The notes under the pieces were generated by a model, which was given only the letters and a program-made list of their open reading frames with translations, ran no database searches and was not told the DNA's origin. Position numbers and translations under genes: made by a program. A stretch of DNA of 60,599 bases from a virus: the IMG/VR virus record IMGVR_UViG_3300035138_000104, positions 1 to 60,599 of that record; one strand, 5' to 3'. Position 1 is the first letter of the stretch, and each line of letters starts with the position of its first letter. Below are positions 58,754-60,599 of the stretch, piece by piece.

Positions 58754-59647
58754 TTACTCGGTTAATTGCTTTTTAAAGGCATTACAGGTATGATTATAAT
58801 CTATATCTGCATGCCTATCTGTTTTACTTTCACCAATAAAAGCACATTGAATTTTTACTTTCTCTCCATCATGAAAGTTCATATGTTGCATATTAACGCA
58901 ATTATAGCATTTATTTTCATTTTTTGCTAATCGATAATGATATTTTCTTTTTACCAGTAAAAAAGGTGATATACCCATTCTATGAGCTTCTGCACTTATC
59001 TTTTCGTAATTGATCTTCATTTCGTCCTCCATAATTTTTTCCTGTTTCCCACTTATTGCATATTCCTGGACATCCATAATATAAGTTTTCCAATAATTCT
59101 TATTCCAAGACATATCCCATATAAACCACCCAGTTACAATCCCACCGCAATAAAACTTTCCGTCCTCTCGTAAAGGATACCTATAATCAACCATTCTGTT
59201 AAAAATATGTATTTCTCTTAAATGTTTCCATATTCCGTTTTCATTTCTTTTGTAGGCCCCGAAATAATTAGTTCTTGCAATAAAGGCGAATTTATCTTTT
59301 ACTACTTCCTTTGCTTTCATTACGAAAGCATCAAATAAACTGAAGGGTGGATTTGTAATTATTATATCATATTTTTTATTTTCTTTTAAAAAATCTTTTG
59401 TTATGCCATCCGAAAATGAAATATATTTATCATAAAAATCAACAACAGAAAAATATTCTTTCAAAATATCAACTATAGCACCCTTGCCACATGCGACCTC
59501 GCCTACATATTTATCAAGATTAAATATTTCTAATTCCATCAATTTTCTAGTTAAAATATAAGGAGTCTCATACATATCATCTTTTGATTTTCTAGCCATA
59601 TAATCTCTACCCATTTTTTCTCTCCAAATAACACTCGCATTTTGCAC
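58754..59647 (-). CDS. Amino DNA methyltransferase (NPPF) with a Cys-rich C-terminal domain
   Basis: 297 aa. EVACGKGAIVD (motif I) and IIITNPPF (motif IV). The C terminus carries CYNC...C...C. Confidence 0.7.
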   Translation of the reverse strand: MQNASVIWREKMGRDYMARKSKDDMYETPYILTRKLMELEIFNLDKYVGEVACGKGAIVDILKEYFSVVDFYDKYISFSDGITKDFLKENKKYDIIITNPPFSLFDAFVMKAKEVVKDKFAFIARTNYFGAYKRNENGIWKHLREIHIFNRMVDYRYPLREDGKFYCGGIVTGWFIWDMSWNKNYWKTYIMDVQEYAISGKQEKIMEDEMKINYEKISAEAHRMGISPFLLVKRKYHYRLAKNENKCYNCVNMQHMNFHDGEKVKIQCAFIGESKTDRHADIDYNHTCNAFKKQLTE

Positions 59648-59674
59648 ATATATAATAATGACCTTCTTTTTCTT

Positions 59675-59944
59675 TCATTTAATTATTTCTTCCCATTTTT
59701 TATTGTAATATTTTTCGATAATATTAATAGATTTTTCAGAGCAAAATTCATTATTATAATAATAATGTTTAACTTCATCTAACAGAGCCTCAGCCATTTC
59801 TTCCTGTAATTCTGCTTCTTTTTTGAGATCGGATAATATCCAATCATAAGTATCAAAAGGTTCACAAAATATCTTTCTATTTATTCCAGCTTCATTTAAA
59901 CTTTGTTCATTCTTTTTTATCTTTTCAATTATATCTTTTAACAT
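59675..59944 (-). CDS. Hypothetical protein (89 aa)
   Basis: ORF in the gene train. Confidence 0.6.
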   Translation of the reverse strand: MLKDIIEKIKKNEQSLNEAGINRKIFCEPFDTYDWILSDLKKEAELQEEMAEALLDEVKHYYYNNEFCSEKSINIIEKYYNKKWEEIIK

Positions 59945-59965
59945 ACTATTACTCCTTATATCATC

Positions 59966-60166
59966 TTATTTTTCCTGCTTTTCTATTAATTGCGCGATTC
60001 TTTGTAATGCTAATAATTTATCTGATATTTTATCAGATTCGTTGCTTTCTTTTAATAATAATCTATCCATTTTATTTATCTTTATTCCTATCATTTCCAA
60101 ATCAGATATTATAATAATAATTTTATTTTCTAATCTTACATTATCCTTATATTCTTGATATTTCAT
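59966..60166 (-). CDS. Hypothetical protein (66 aa)
   Basis: ORF in the gene train. Confidence 0.6.
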   Translation of the reverse strand: MKYQEYKDNVRLENKIIIIISDLEMIGIKINKMDRLLLKESNESDKISDKLLALQRIAQLIEKQEK

Positions 60167-60597
60167 ACTATATCCTTTTTATATAAAATAATAGTTTCAT
60201 TAAATTTTTTTCTATTATATAATGAAATAAAAGGACACTTAAAATTATATTTCTTATATACTTTTATCGCCGTATTAGTTAATTGTTTAACTGTATTAAA
60301 TCGAATAGTTTTACATTTATTTTCTTTCCATAAATTTAAATGGATTCCTGCTGTTTGATCTTTTTCATCTAAAATTTCAGCTTCTTTTTTAGATAAAATT
60401 CTTTTTAACTCAATCTTGTTTTTTACATAAAATCCCCAAGCTCTATTATCTATATTATCTATATTTATAGATTTATCAAAGATTAAATTAAATGAACCAT
60501 AATAATGAATAGCATCAAGAGAATTATTTACCCATGAAGTTATATTAAGCACACACAATTCAACATTCTCTATATTGTCTATATTTATGTTATTCAT
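60163..60597 (-). CDS. Hypothetical protein (144 aa) spanning the assembly junction
   Basis: The start at 60597 corresponds to position 125 of the duplicated end. AAAGGAG (139-133) precedes that ATG in the circular molecule. Confidence 0.65.
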   Translation of the reverse strand: MNNINIDNIENVELCVLNITSWVNNSLDAIHYYGSFNLIFDKSINIDNIDNRAWGFYVKNKIELKRILSKKEAEILDEKDQTAGIHLNLWKENKCKTIRFNTVKQLTNTAIKVYKKYNFKCPFISLYNRKKFNETIILYKKDIV

Positions 60598-60599
60598 GC
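60473..60599. repeat. Terminal direct repeat copy 2 (identical to 1..127)
   Basis: See the feature at 1..127. Confidence 0.95.

Noticed and set aside
1-60599. Lysogeny module (integrase, repressor, attP)
   Set aside because: I recognise no tyrosine or serine recombinase motifs and no CI/Cro-like pair. The tRNA genes are intact rather than partial att-type fragments.

Overview
The window is a complete genome of a strongly AT-rich tailed dsDNA phage, delivered as a circular-assembly contig. Bases 1-127 are identical to 60473-60599, so the unique length is 60,472 bp. Everything is on the minus strand except one five-gene plus-strand operon (26990-27957). Reading the minus strand there are four blocks. 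(1) Early/replication region, 8729 down to 265 and across the junction from 60597 down to about 49300. It holds an initiator with internal iterons, DnaB, SSB, a RuvC-like resolvase, a NinB-HNH fusion, a Cas4-like exonuclease, an annealing protein, a DNA methyltransferase and a six-tRNA array. It also holds many small zinc-ribbon, Cys-rich and membrane proteins, two lipoproteins, M23 and papain-like peptidases, a kelch-repeat protein and a (Gly-[Asp/Asn/Tyr])27 repeat peptide. (2) Packaging/head region, 48950 down to 40079: TerS, TerL, portal, MuF-like protein. (3) An ~12-kb glycan/methylation island, 39944 down to 27950, with several glycosyltransferases and SAM methyltransferases, a TagD-like cytidylyltransferase, a LicD-like transferase, two DNA-methyltransferase-like genes and a GIY-YIG homing endonuclease. 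(4) Scaffold, decoration, capsid, connector, sheath, tube, chaperone with a -1 frameshift, tape measure, baseplate, fibre and lysis genes, 26861 down to 9069. I recognise no integrase or repressor. The most unusual signals are: four RNA elements that share no sequence but share one architecture, each with a hairpin whose 12-nt apical loop is complementary to the 8-9 nt at the transcript 5' end; a ~200-nt multi-helix RNA candidate upstream of an ASCH gene; two class-I-shaped tRNAs carrying Leu-box anticodons; promoters placed to give leaderless mRNAs; and the glycan island inserted inside the head module. Protein family calls come from motif recognition by eye, not from database searches.
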